Shown: in pieces, positions 38,581-52,141 of the stretch
Layout of the letters: every line of letters begins with the position of its first letter
Position numbering within the stretch: the stretch's first letter is position 1
DNA from: Lama glama
Taxonomy: Eukaryota
DNA length: 64,000 nucleotides
Direction of reading: 5' to 3'
Assembly: GCA_028534125.1 (NCBI GenBank)
Contig: CM052818.1
Location: forward strand, 37,822,001 to 37,886,000
Notes under the pieces: generated by a model
Databases searched by the model: none
What the model saw: the letters and a program-made list of their open reading frames with translations, nothing else
Told to the model about the DNA's origin: nothing
Made by a program: the position numbers and the translations under genes

Positions 38581-40807
38581 GACTTGAATGTCATGTATCA
38601 GTACGCAAGAGCTACCCCTTCCTCCAGAAAGATAAAAGGAGAAGAATAAATAATAAGCAATGGTAATATTTGTTGACTAGTTGTTGAAAAGTTAACCACA
38701 GATAATATTCTCTTGTCATAGGACCCTTTGCAGTTTAAAAATATGTTTGTATTTGATATTCAAAAAGCAGAAAGTAGACGAGGCAGGTGAGACCCCAATG
38801 CAAATAGGAGGAAACTGAGCCTCTATTCATGTGATTGGCCCAAAGTCACTCATCTTATAAAAAATAGAGCCGGGGCAGAACACTAGCCTTCCCAAATTGA
38901 GCCCAGCGATCACTGTTGCTGCCCAGAAACAGGCTTTTTCATCTTTACCTCTCAAGAGAATGGTGTTTTATAAAACTGAGTGATGCAGAAATCTTTCAAA
39001 TCAAAGCTGGCAAAATCAGAGGTCCATAACGTACAGGTGTCGTTTGGCCCCTACACCCTGGGTCCATGTGACGATGGTAAGATACAAATAATTCCCAATA
39101 TTTAAACATTAGATATTGAATAAAACCCTACGTTTTCAGCTTTCCTTATAAATCAATAAACAAACAATAAATAACTAAATAATCTTCTATCCATTTCTAC
39201 CGGGACCTCGTTCCTGAATGGACTGAAGACCAGGCAGGAATTCTTCAGTTTTCCTTAATCCTCTTGACTCCCTGTGGGGTCCTTAACAAAAAGCAAAGAT
39301 TTGCCCTGTCTCTCAGTTGGCGTGTGTGCCTTCTGTCTATAGGCAGGTAAGTGCGTGAACCCCTCCCTGTTAACTTATTAAAAAGTCATTTCCTGATACT
39401 TACCAGACGCTGGAGCAGGTGATACATCACCTTCTTCTTCTCTTTTTCTTTCTGAGATTTCTTTGAGATCTTTGTAGATTCAGAACAGCAAGAGGAAAAT
39501 CCGTTTGGTTGTTTTCAAGGTAGATGGAAAAGACAATGTACTTAGATTCACTCTGCCTGGCAGTGATTGGCGTTTGCTAACTGCATTCCGTCACTTCTGC
39601 ATATGGATTTGACATCGGCAGGCTGGCCCATAAAGAGCAGTGAACTGGAGTGAGGTAGCCGGCTGAGGCTCGGGGGAAGGATGCAGGTTGTTGTATGAAG
39701 CACAGGCTGGTTCAACAGAGGCGCACCTGCCAGCGGGGCCTATCTGGAGGCCAGCTGAGGACCACTGACTGATGGAGACCTCGGCTCCTTACCCACCCCG
39801 TCATTAAGTTAATAGTCAAGTAGGCCTCCTTAAAGGAGTTGACTTACCACTCGTTTTCCCCCGCGTAAATACGATTAAATATGAAAGGTGGCGATGGCAG
39901 TTGAACATCTGTCTTGAGCTTTCAGGTTTTTCACAGTCTGTTGATTAGGCTCTGTTTTGTATTATTCCAGTGTCCACAGCTGTCAAGTGAAGTGGGAGCG
40001 GGCCTGCCCGGATCAGGGAGCCGAGTGCGCCGGGCTCCCTCACGTTCCACGTGGTAATAGCCGCTGACAGCTTCTCCTCCGAACAAATTGTTTTCCGCGG
40101 TTGATGGGCCTCAGCTGTTCTAACCTGGGAAGTGATGAGTTTTGCTTTCATTTGGAAAGTAAGATCTGTTCACATAGAGTCGCTGGCTTCTTTGGGTGTT
40201 AGTGTTGATTTGATTTTTGTGTTTGTTTTTGTAGCGCTGTGTGTGTGTGCAAGTGGTGGAACTTGGGTCCATTTGTGACAGCATGTTCTAAACCTCCCGA
40301 AACGTACTATCTGGAGTCTCCCAAGGTCTGGGCTGCGATAGGGGAGGGAAAGAGCAACACAAGGGCAGGCAGCATTGCAGACAATCTCACTCTCACCACG
40401 CTCTCTGAGACCGATCTCGCATCTTGACTCAAGAGCATTTGTTCTCGGGCTGACACTGTTTCCTCATGAGGGAGGTTAGCTCACACCAGCATCCTTGGGT
40501 TCTGCCAAATGGTAGAGTGCTAATTAAAATGGTAGGATCTGGAAACACAGAGGGTCTTCCTCCAGAGGTGTCAAATCTACAGACAATTTTATAAGCGGCA
40601 AGTGTGCAAGTAGCACAGAAATTGAATATGTTTAAAGTGGAAAAGTCCTGAAGATTTTCCCCAGTGCCTTCATGTCCCCTTTCCCTAGTCTCCAGATCCA
40701 AACAGGGTCTTAGAAAAGGATCTAAACATACTTTGACTCAAAGGTGTAAATAATGAATGGTTGCTTGGTCACCTAAACTGTGATAGGAAACAATTGAACG
40801 TATCTAT

Positions 40808-41747
40808 TGCTGTCCAACGCAACTCCCTGTGAGGATGCAGATGTTCTATATGAAATGTGGCTGCTGTGACCAAAGGACTTAACTTTTATTTTTATTTCGT
40901 TTTTCTTCTTTTGTTCTTTTTAATTTCTTTTTATTGAAGTATTGTCTGTTTACAATGTGGCATCAATTTCTGGTGCACAGCATAATGCTTCAGTCATGCG
41001 TATACCTACATATATTACTTTTCATATTCTTTTTCATTATAGGTTACTACAAGATATTGAATATAGTTTCCTGTTCTATACAGCATAAACTTGTTTATCT
41101 TTTTTATACATGTTAGTATCTGCAAATTCCAAACTCCCAATTTATCCCCTCATCCTCCCCTACTCCCCTGGGTAACCATAAATTTGTTTTTTATGTCTGT
41201 GAGTCTGTTTCTTTTTTGTAAATAAGTTCATTCATGTCAATTTTTTTTCAGATTCCACATATGAGTGATATTTTATGGTATGATGTTTTTCTTTCTCTTT
41301 CTGGCTTACTTCAGTTAGTATGAGAATCTCCATGTCCATCCATGTTGCTGCAAATGGCACTATTTTATTCTTTTTATGGCTGGGTAGTATTCCATTGCAT
41401 GTGTGTGTGTGTGTGTGTGTACGCCACATCTTCTATATGGACATTTAGGTTGTTTCTATGTCTTGGCTAATGTAAATAGTGCTGCTATAAACATTGGGGT
41501 GTGTGTGTCTTTTCAAATTAGAGTTCCCTCTGAGTACATGTCCAGGAGTGGGATTGCTGGATCATATGTTATGTCTGTTTAGTTTTTTGAGGAATCTCCA
41601 TACTGTTTTCCATAATGGCTGCACCAAACTACACTGTGGGAATCAACAGTGTAGGAGGGTTCCCTTTTCTCCACACCCTATTTTTATTTCATTGTCTTCA
41701 TTTTAAATAGCCACATGTGGCTAGTGCCTATCCAATTGGAAGTGCAG
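40808..41747 (+). mobile_element. MER3 (hAT-Charlie) DNA transposon split by an L1
   Basis: Left arm tgctgtccaa...gatgttctatat|gaaatgtggct (40808-40898); right arm ttaaatagccacatgtggctagtg...ttgga..tgcag (41691-41747). Confidence 0.75.
40899..41678 (-). mobile_element. Lineage-specific L1 3' end (~780 bp) with TSD
   Basis: Same 3' UTR family as 5566; ORF2 C-terminal remnant on minus (PFAATWMDMEILILTEVSQKEKEK). TSD tatttttatttc at 40887-40898 and 41679-41690. Confidence 0.9.
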
Positions 41748-41959
41748 AAATAGACTGTTAATGATGAGTTTTAAAGATCTCAACTTTTTCAAATGAAGTA
41801 TGTAATTCTGAGGAGGGCTTAATCATCCTGGCATTACTAAAATGGTACTGTTGCCACCCGAGAAGGTAGCACTGACCGCTTCTAGTGTCCAGCACAGGAG
41901 TATTAAATCACAGGACACAGTAAGATATTTAAAGAATGAATACATGAGTGAGTACATAG

Positions 41960-42205
41960 TAATGATAACAAGTAATACCATTAACTAGATCAACTAACGT
42001 TTGCTTGAATCGGGCTCTGTGAGAATCACAGGGCTTACGCCATCTACGTGACAATTCTGTGAGGCACACATCATTGCCATCCTTCTTTTGCAGATAAGGA
42101 AACTGAAATGTAGGAAAGAGTGAAAAACTGAAAAGTAATAATGGAGTCTAGACTTCAACTCAGTTCTGTCTCTGAAGCCCACACTCACAACTGCAGTTAC
42201 TACTA
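41960..42205 (-). mobile_element. MIR SINE (preceded by an L2 tail at ~41860-41955)
   Basis: cttttgcagataaggaaactgaa core. Confidence 0.65.
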
Positions 42206-44054
42206 TGACTATAAGCTTTAAAGCACAGTTTATTTTAGGGGCAATTACTGAAGCCCATATCTGAGTTTACGTCTTAGATCTCCAGGGTCCCTTTCTTTTC
42301 CTAACTTGATGATTATATTTAAAATAAAATAATTAGCATAGAGTAAATACTCCATAAAAAGCAGCTGCATTCTTTTTTGCTATCTTCGTAATGATACGAC
42401 ATTTCCATAAACTCTAATTGCATATGTGATATCAGTCAGAAGGGTCACTGAGTCGTGGATGAATCTCAGAAGTGATTCTGCCCTTAATGTCACCAGTGAC
42501 AAAAGTATCACAAAATTATGGTTCTGAAGATTTAAGGGGCCCAAAGAGAGTAGCTAAAAACATTTTATTCTAGAGACAAGAGCTATTACTGGATGAGATT
42601 CTATTCTTCCCCCAAAATAGCAATGCTATTTATGAATATGAATACCAATATCACAGAATTTTGGACTTAAAAAAATCTTGTACCTCATTGTGCCTCATTG
42701 TCTAAATAACTACTGCGTGGTGGAGTTAGATGGGGAAAGTGTGTCTGTGAATTATATTGAATTATTAATTGAAGAATGGATTGAATCTACTGTCTTTTCC
42801 ACTGAGTACAGTTATAACTTTCTTCCATTCATTTTACCTGAAATATATTTCCTGGTGTTCACACCCATAGGACCTGTTCGCCTCTGTGCCAGGCACCGAG
42901 ATTAGTGGAAACTGATACACTAATTATATTAACGGGGGAAAAGAAATCTATCACAAGGCACTTAGCTGCCAGCCATATGATCTGAAGTAAATTCAATGGA
43001 CTTGACTTACTTTAATTCTTCACTATTTCTAATTGGTCTCAAACTTATTCCAGGGAGCATTTATCACATTAGATTCCGGTTAACCATCAGATTGCTAATC
43101 TTTGCTTTACCCATAGAAGCTCCAATTGCAGGGCTCCTGAATTTGGCTGTGACTTCTAAGCGGCAACATCAACATTTTTTTTCCCTGTTCCTTTGTGGCA
43201 CATAGAATGATTCCGATGACACAGGTATACTCAGTGGGCTTCTAGGAGACTCGCAATGCAACCAAATCCCTGAGCGGACCAAGGTGGTGACCTCTTTCAT
43301 TCTGTAGCAAAGACTTACAGGTGTGTTCTGCTCTGCACTGAGCTGGAAATAGGAAACTACAACTAAAGATCATCAAATCTGTAAGGCTGGGGAAGCCAGG
43401 CAGACAAGCGCAGAATGGCCACCTGTCTGCAGGAGTATTTGTGGACAAAGGGCCAGTATTGGAGGCTGAGTCCTGAAAAACATTAAATATCTGAGTAGGG
43501 TGAGGAAAACATTCCAAGCCCACAAATCTGTTTGGGATGAAAAACAGAGATGAGGCAGTGAGAAGGTTGTGTTTAAGTCCTACTCAGACAGAGAGCTGGG
43601 CTTTGTCTCTGTAAACCCAGGCGCAGCATCTGAGATCGGTTAAGTAGGACACTGGATTCAGTTTATTTAGCACATTTTTTCCCCTTGGTAAAAATATAAA
43701 TCTCTATTCGCTCATTTCCTTCATTTACATTCACACTGATCTGTTAAGACAAGCAGTTGAGATGGGGCTAATTTTCCAGTTGAGCATGCATCAGCATCAC
43801 GGTAAAAGATTGAGTTGGTGCGCTGTGCTCGCCCCCAGAAATGCTGGGTAAGTTTCCTTTTAGGTGAACAGAAGCCATCAGAGAGGAGATGCTAATAAGT
43901 CATAAGGAAAGAAGGAATAATAACATTTGAAACAAACCAAGGCACAGCCCGAGTCAGCTGCATTCCATGGAGCAGGATAGGATGGTGGTCCTTCCTCCTT
44001 CTCCCATTATAGGTTATAAGGGAAGGAACATCACATTCACTGGGTTCTAAGATT

Positions 44055-44570
44055 CTTTTTTTTTTCTTTTTTCACTTTACTGAGGTATATAAATGGTAAA
44101 ATGCACTACTCTTAATTGTCTAATGCAATGCAATGCAATGCAATGCAATGATTTTTTACATACGTTTACACCATGCAGTCACAACCTAGATCAAGACAGT
44201 GGAAATTTCCATCGCCCCAGAAGGTTTCCTCTCATGTCGCTTGCTCAGCCTCCACTTGTCACATATCACTGCTCCCAAGTCCCCAGAGTAGGTGCTATGC
44301 TGGTGCCTCCCTCCACCTCTGTTTTGTCTTCTCTTTGACTATGTGACTGCCTGTTTCAGGCTTCGTAGGCCTTTATTTGGAATTTTTATTGAGATAATTT
44401 TAGATTCACATTCAAGTGTAAAATACAATGCAGAGAGATCCTTTGTGCGTTTTTCCCAGCTTCCCCCAGAGGTAACATTTTGCAAAACTATAGTTTACTC
44501 TCATGACCAGGATATTGAAATTAACACAATTCACCAATCTTAGATCTCCTCAGTTTTACTTTTACTGGTG
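44055..44570 (-). mobile_element. Two L1 3'-end fragments (L1MC/MD-like 44055-44350; L1MB7/8-like 44375-44570)
   Basis: tttactgaggtatat...atcaagacagtggaaatttccatcgccccagaagg; attgagataattttagattcaca...ggtaacattttgcaaaactatagt. Confidence 0.7.
44122..44150. repeat. (AATGC)n microsatellite, about 6 units
   Basis: aatgcaatgcaatgcaatgcaatgcaatg. Confidence 0.9.
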
Positions 44571-44659
44571 TTGTTTTCGAAGTATGTACAATCGTATTTT
44601 TCACTAGTGAATATATTTTTTACTATTTGAGCACATTTTCTAAGATTCAAAATTTAATT

Positions 44660-45230
44660 CATTTTACCCTTTGTGGTATCAGATGTGGCTTAGGGATCTT
44701 ATTTAGTTCTTTTTTTCCCCAAATGTTTAGACTTTTTAAAAATGTCCTTTTTCTTGGATTTGAAAGACTTATTTGATCATACATTATGATTTTACAGATA
44801 TTCTTTCCTCTGAATTTTCTAACATATATGGGACCAATACATCTGCTTTCTCTTGGCCTTACATCATACAGCTTTAAAATATATTATACTCTCTGGTAGA
44901 GAAAATCTATTCTCATCATTCTTTACTTAAAATAAAAACTTATTTGCAATGCTTAGACACGTATTCTCCCATATAAATCATTCATATAATTTGATTTCTG
45001 CTTTCATTTCTTAAGGAATTCATGTCAAGATAAAATTGGTTCGCATTATATCTGTAAATGAATGCTCCGAGATTTTTTTTTCTTTTTACAAACTTTATAG
45101 TATCAATTCTTGCCATTTCAGTTAGTGTTACATCTTTATTGTATTCAAGTCTTTTTCATGGACCTCAGCATATTTGCTCATTTTTTTTTTCATGGAAGTT
45201 CTGTACATTTGCTGAGAGCCTGGGGGAAGT
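44660..45230 (-). mobile_element. Ancient L1 ORF2 fragment
   Basis: Degenerate antisense motifs (acagctttaaaatatatt..ctctggtag). Confidence 0.4.
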
Positions 45231-45689
45231 TCCCTAGTTTTTGGACTGAATTATTAAAAATGGGTCTTCTCCCCAGTTCTCGCCTTTTCTGACTTCTTAG
45301 TGGCAGGGTGGCAATGACTGTCAGAGTGTTACCAGTGAGTGAAAGGAATGATGGATAGCATGACTGGCTCCCTCTGATGGAAACAAAGGGCCTTCTTTGG
45401 ACTGAGACCCAAGGGTATTACTCAGCAGGAATAGGATCAATTCCCAAGCAGGTTAAATGATCTCAGACGAGATTGCAGAGTCCACAGCTTCCCAGATAGG
45501 TTATACATCTCCCTAGCTGTGTTCTCTCTGCCTTCCCCTTTCCCCCAAACCCATCTGTGTTCTCAGGGTACAGAAAAGACCGTGAGGACACTGCCTCCTC
45601 CTCAAATGGCAGCTCCGAGAAGTAGGCAAATGACTCTCACGTGAGCTGGGAAAGAATCAAAGACAATTCAAATAAACCAGATCAAAGCA

Positions 45690-45900
45690 AAGAGAGGAAT
45701 TGCGAGAAGGTTGCTTGGAATAAAAGCAGCATTTCCTGCCTGCTTTTGCCACTCTGTTGTGATCATGTAACTAACTAAGTCTTGGCCAAGAGGATATAAG
45801 CAAGAAAAGTATGTACAAATTTTAAGAAGTATTATCAAAGGAACACAGTTCACTCATTTCTCAACAATTCTCCTTGTGATGCCTGGAATATTGACACAGT
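45690..45900 (+). mobile_element. MLT1-like LTR fragment
   Basis: catgtaactaactaagtcttggccaagaggatataagcaag. Confidence 0.4.
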
Positions 45901-46099
45901 CACTTCCTTCAGATTTCTTGAATGTGAGAGGAAAATAAACTATTATCTCGTGAACTCACTGTTATGTAGGGGGTTTGCTGATAAGCGCAGTTGCACTTGA
46001 TTTTAACAAATATAGGATGTGTCTTTTGTGGAAGAATTCATACATAGCAGCTATACATAGCAGGCATACCCTCATTAAATTACTGAACTTCATGAGTGG

Positions 46100-46600
46100 A
46101 GAAAGACATTTTCAGTCATCTAAGCAGAAAAAGCAACTCTCAAAATGAAAAACAAGAATTGAGCTCGCTTTCTAATTCTCAACAGCCATGTTGAATCTTT
46201 ACAAAAGGGCTTAGGGCTCCAAAGTCAGCAGGAACTGGCACATAACCAGCTATCACAACAACCTAAGTTATCTTTCATGTCCAAATGTTAGAAGAAGACA
46301 TTCTCAAACAGGGGTAAACTTAAGGAATAATTCTACCAGTGAGAGAATCTTGGAAAAGAAATTTCAAAAAGAAACAAAGAAAGACAAAAATAAAAATAAG
46401 AAACACCATAAAAATCTAGCCAAAATCACGAAAGGGAAGACCATGGTAAAAACAACTGGTGTTCAACACTGATGCCATTTCAGCAGGACAATACGAAGAC
46501 ATGACATTGGGAGAAATGACATTTTAATTATTATGCATAATAAGTGAATAACAAAAATCCCACCATGAGAAAGAGGAAAAAAAGAAATCAGAAGCTCTAC
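46100..46600 (+). mobile_element. HAL1/ancient L1 ORF1-like fragment
   Basis: A-rich ORF1-like text (tctaagcagaaaaagcaa; aagttatctttcatg; aagacattctcaaaca). Confidence 0.4.
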
Positions 46601-47099
46601 TTTTAGTTCCAGACTTTCACATTCAATAGTCTACTTGATAAAAGTCATCTTAAATTCACTATGGTCATCTTAAAGTTACTATGTATTAACCAGAATTATG
46701 GTCTTTCTCCCAAAAATCTTTCTCCCCAAATATGGTCCCTTTCCAGAGTTCCCTCTCTATGAGTCATCATATCATTCACTCACAAACTTGTTTAAAAGCC
46801 TCCAGTGGTCCCTTTCCTAAGGGAGCTGGTATCCTCAGTGCTCTGTCTCAAGCACATGCATGAATTTTCCCTCTGTGTCTTTCTGTCTCTCAGTTTATCC
46901 ACTTTCTCACTCCCTCCCTTGTATGCTTTATCTGCAGTAACACATACTTTCCCTTCTACCTCCTGTGACAGGTTGTCAGGGCCAGGGCTCCTACACATGT
47001 TCTCCTTGAGTAAATCAATTCAATTCAGGGATTAAAAGGTGAACTTTAAATCTAAACCATGTCCCCAGTATAATTTTACCAACATAGCCACTGTATTCT

Positions 47100-47820
47100 G
47101 TTTCATTTGTATTCTTGAGTTAAGTTCTCAATGTGGTTCCGAAGCAAGAGACAGCTTCTTAGGATTAATTTTGACTTCTTTAAATCACATCATTATCTAT
47201 AGTTTGAAGGACATTTTACCAACTCACTATAATTTAAAACTTTGATAAGCTCTCTGAGTGATTTGTTTTAAGTGTGTCTCTTGTATAGAGTACATGAGGT
47301 TTTGATTTGTGGTCCAACTGATACTGTTTCTTTAAACTGGTGGTTTTAGCCAATCTGCACATGCATACATAATGACAGGTTTGATTTTTAGATTTTTCAT
47401 GATATTTTTCTGTGCTTTTTCAATCCTTCTCTATACCGTGACTTTCTTTGCTATGTTTTAGGTATAAGTTCTTATCATTTTGAAGGTTTGTACATTTTCT
47501 TCTAGTGGTTTCCTAAAGGTAACTATAACTTTATATATAGTTAACAGTTGGATTTTTTCAAAAGTAATACCTATTTAGGAATAAATATGTGTGATTTTTA
47601 AATTTCTTTGCTTCCTGTTCTCTTAGTGGCCTGTTACTCATTGACTTTAAGTTACAAAAGATAAAGAAATTAATATCTCTACTCTATTTCCCACCACTTG
47701 TTTAGTTATAGCATTCCTGCCCCCTCAGAATTTATGACTAAATAAATACTCCGTTCTTTAAACTTAAGCCAATGTTTGTTCTACCTCAGTTGTACAATTA
47801 AATGAAATTCAATGCTAACT
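47100..47820 (-). mobile_element. HAL1/ancient L1-like fragment
   Basis: ttgttttaagtgtgtctcttgtatagagtacat...ttttagccaat. Confidence 0.4.
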
Positions 47821-48249
47821 ATCACTATGATGGTAATCATATTATAATATACAAATATATCAAATCAACATTTTGTACACCTTAATTTTAAAGGATGTTG
47901 AATACATATATGTCAAAAATAATATATATCATAATATAATATTTATAGTTATGTATTTAAATATACGTATTTATAATAGAAAGCACATATTACAATATGT
48001 CATTAATTTCCATTTTTAAGAAAAGGACCATTGGGAACTGTCTTTAAGTTAGTTTTAGGATATTTGTGCTCAGTCCCCTACCAGGGAAAAGTATTAAAGT
48101 AGCAATTTTAAAAGCCACCATAATAGAACTAACGTATAACTTTAAAAAATCCCTACCCTACTCTTGTGTCCAGTTTGCAAATCAGTCAGAGAACAGAGAG
48201 AAGGAGAGATGTTCATCACTAACACGCGGAACTCCAGTGGAGAAGCAAC

Positions 48250-48440
48250 AGGAAACAGTAGTTAAATTAATGGGGTTTGGGGTCAGACTGCCTATGTGCG
48301 AAAAGTACTAATATCTTCTGTAAAATAGAGATTCAAAATGAGCCCGGAGGTTAAAGGAGGATTATAAGGACAAATGAACAAAGCATGCGGAGGAGCGTCG
48401 TCACAGAGTCTGTACTCAGCAAAGGCTGCCGTTATGCTGT
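48250..48440 (+). mobile_element. MIR SINE (degenerate)
   Basis: gtagttaaattaatggggtttggggtcagactgcct...ttctgtaaaatagag. Confidence 0.55.
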
Positions 48441-48799
48441 TCTCCATCTTCTTACCGTTTGCTAATCCGTGAGATGAAAAATGGTAGCTAGTTGTTGTTC
48501 CAATGTGCACCTTCCAGATCAATAATGAGACAAAAATCTTTTTTAAACGTGTTTATTAGCCATCTGTATGCCTTCTATGAGTTTCTTGTTATCATTCTTT
48601 GCCCATTTTTCTCCTGCGTTGTTTGTCTTTTTTGAATGAGTTAGTCGGAGGTTTTTTTACATCAGACACGTTAACCTTTCCTGTGTGTTGCATCTATTTT
48701 TGCCCACTTCACTCTCAGCCTCACATTATACTCTGAATGTTTTTATTAAAGTGATATACATTTAGGAAAAGGTATAGTTTGATACCTACCTCTACAGCC

Positions 48800-50830
48800 A
48801 CCATGGCTTCAGACCAGTGCATATTTACTGAAGAACTCCTGGGCTTCACAGAATATTTAGGTCCTGAGGATTAAAAAAAAAAGAAAGAAAGAAAGAGTGC
48901 AGGAAGTCATTGTCATTAATGTGATCACAAGCTAGTAGGAGAAACATGACTTAAATGCATAATTACAATAAAGTAAGTTTAGAAATATGGACAAGTTATG
49001 AAACTTGTGTAAAGAAAAGAGTGTTCCACTTTGCACACATCACAACTCACTGAAATGATGAAGTGAGAGCCTGACAGGCAGAGTGATGGATGATGACTCT
49101 TTGGAACACTGACTACGAATCCCCAGGTGGGGGGAAAGGGGTTTTAAGAAGAAGGAACAGATTGTGCAAATCCGCAGAGAATTGAAACATTCTAGCAGGT
49201 ACGTGTGGAAGTCACTATATTCTAATGAATAAGGCAGACATCGGTCCCTGTTCGGAAAAGCATCCACAAAACACTGAGACAGACTTGACAAAGAGGCTTT
49301 AACGGTGTAAGGTTGAGGCGCTAGGTTGGGACCATATCATGAAGGTACATGTCACACGGTGTCCATTGAAAATGGCTTGGATTGTCTTCTGCTGTTGGAG
49401 AGGGGGCTGAAGAATGGAGGGATGATTCTGCACTCCTTATGACAGATGTGGGGTGACATGGGCGGGGGGCCATGCCAGTTGTGCCATCAACTGAGTGAGG
49501 TGATGCATCTGAACTCCTCTCTCCCCAGACCTGTCAGTCCCTTGTCACCTGCCCCATCTCTCCCAGCAGACTGGGGCTGGGTGGATGCCATGATCTGTAC
49601 TCTCCACCTGCACACCTGGGTAATCGGGGAATGTTGAAGACAACAGCATCATCATGCCTGTGGGTGATGCAGTAAACCCACATCCGTTGACTATTGTAAG
49701 AATCTCAGCATCACTCAGCAACCATTGGGGGTTTTCTTCCTAGGTCGGATTGTTCTGATTCTTCTCAATTACTATTTTAAAACTTAGATAGTCTCCTAAA
49801 TCTGTTCATTCTCAGCAGACAGATTTGCCTCTTAGTTCTTGGAGGATATTGGAGAGGCCATGAATATTTTCTCGAAATACTTCCCCTCTCCAAGATAAAA
49901 ACTGTCGTTTATTTATAACTCTCTTTACCTCCTGTTCTCAGAGTCAGAGGCAAGATGTCCCTGTTCCTTTATGGGAAAATCGTATCCACCTTTACCCGGG
50001 ACCCCACATCCCCCTACTTGCGCTAGGAGTTTTTCCCCGTCACTCGCTCGTGTTCCCTTCCAGAGCTCCAATTTCTCATCTGCATTTTACTCATCTTAGC
50101 TCATATTATTTGAGCCCATATCCTAAAATTAAGCCCAGCAGCACCAGGGTTGGGTTGCTTTGCTAGATTAGCACTCCAGCCGTACTCAGGAAGGAAGCAG
50201 TGAGCTGGTTTCCTCAGCTGAAGAGACTTTTTTTTTCATTTTTTCTTTTACTCCTGTACTTCCGGGATACCACCATAGAAATCCATCACTCTTCAATTCA
50301 CACGCCGTGAATGTTGAAAGTTACCTGCGTGTGAGGACCATCACCTGCTGCCACATTTAGAAGCATCTGATTAATTCCGTAAGTTACCATCTAAACATTT
50401 CCCAGTCACTGTGTCACAGTTAGATCTTGACTTCTAGCCTTGCTACCTGCAGCCTGAGGGTACAGATGGGCTAACACGAAGTGACCCTATTCATTTACCC
50501 CTCTGGACATTCCTTCTTTACTGTGGGAACTCTTCAACCAATTGACCCTTTTCTTTCTCAGGATGAACCTGCCTGAACTTTGCTTTTTCCTGATTTCAAG
50601 TGCTAATGAATAATTCTCAGTTTTTGTATATTTTTGGTCAATGAATCCAAATGTGATTCCTGGAAACGTACTTTATTACGTGTACTGTTCTAGATTCTGA
50701 AAATACAAATCTGAGTAAGAGAGACAACGTTCCTGAACTTGTAGGGCTTTCGCTGGGGAGAGTGGGGTGGGAGTGAGCAGTATGGCAATACACAATAAAA
50801 AGAAATAAACAAATACCTAAATGGATTTTA
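48800..50830. mobile_element. Cluster of L2 fragments in both orientations
   Basis: Minus-strand L2 ends at ~48800-49350 and ~50630-50830; plus-strand L2-like body at ~49800-50600. Confidence 0.45.
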
Positions 50831-52141
50831 ACAAAGGAGCTAGGGCTGGGTAGGGGTGGTTAAAATCATTTTGTCTTCTCTTTCATCCGGCCCGAGCAGA
50901 GTTTTCATACCTCTGTGTCTCCAGTCCTTTCATCTTTGTAGGTATATTCTGCAGACCTCAGCACGGTTCATTGTGCAGCCAAGGTTTTGCAGAACAACGC
51001 AATCATCTTTGATTTTGAGAAACTGCTCTCTGAGATTCCCCCAGATTCTGTGCTACCTCAAAGGGTTTTGTTTTGTTTTCACATCCATTTGTCAATCTAG
51101 GTTTCAAAATACTGAAACTCTGTTTCATTTCCTTAAGCTAAGTTGGGATAAGAGCCTTTACACAGGGGAAGTCCCCACCCATTCCTGGCATGTGCCTTTG
51201 GTTTCCCACTTCTGCTGGGGATCTGTAGAAGGGCCCACGACTGGGCTGTCTTACCACCACATCGCAGCGTTGAACAAGGTCCAGCGATAGATGAGGCCAA
51301 GGAGCACCTTTAAAAACGCACACACACATTTTAAAGCGAAAGGACTTCACGCCGGAAGAAAGTATCTGTAACGCTCACATGGTTAATTTGGCAAATTCAA
51401 AAATCAGTCAAATCAATTATGCAGCAACATGAGGACCAAATCTCTAGCTTGTTCAACCACATTTTGTCTTCCTACCATCTGTGTTAGCCTCCTGTGTTTC
51501 TGTCACTGGGAAAGATTTGAGTGGCTTCAGAAAGCTACTTTTTCATCTCTTATTTTGCTAATAGTGAATGAAAGCATTTTGGCAAGGATATCAGGATGAT
51601 AACAATATGCTGAGACGTAGATTCACAGCCTTCTTTCATCATCCCCCGGCTCCAACATGAGCCAGGTCTACGCAGCGGAAGAAGAAAACCTTTTGGCAGA
51701 GATAATACACGGACCCTGATAGATGACAACCCCCAAACTAAACATTAAAATAGCATTTTCTGGACATTTCTCTCTGGGATTTAATGAGCCACTGCTGAGG
51801 CAGGTTTTATCATTTCCACCCGAGGCTCACAATAGGCACTAAGTGGTCAGCAAAAGATTAATAAGACACAAGATGAGAAAACTGAGTGTTTGGCAAAAGC
51901 GCCATATCGAGGCTGATGTGCAGGAAATTGGAAATAAAGGCGGATTGTAGGGAAGACATATTTCCCAAATAGCAATTCTTCACTGTGCTTCTTTCTGAGA
52001 ATGCCTGGTGAACTAAGGCAAACATCTCCGGAGGTGTTGGCACAAAACAGGCCCTGAAGGAGTAGCATTTCTTCCTCCCCCTCTGTCGGAGCACTTATGT
52101 CTCCCACTGCCGATGATCTGACGTCCACACCTGTTTGTACC

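Noticed and set aside
39005..39150. Possible hAT-Charlie (MER103-like) fragment
   Set aside because: Similarity too weak to call from memory.
39396..39404. ATACTTACC match to the U1 snRNA 5' end
   Set aside because: No further U1 similarity; it is simply the complement of a splice-donor motif.
43780..43847. Apparent plus-strand exon (ttttccAG...ctgg|GTAAGT)
   Set aside because: Resembles a decayed MER5A (ttgagcatgcatcagcatcac...cccccagaa); 68 bp with no recognisable peptide and a short pyrimidine tract.
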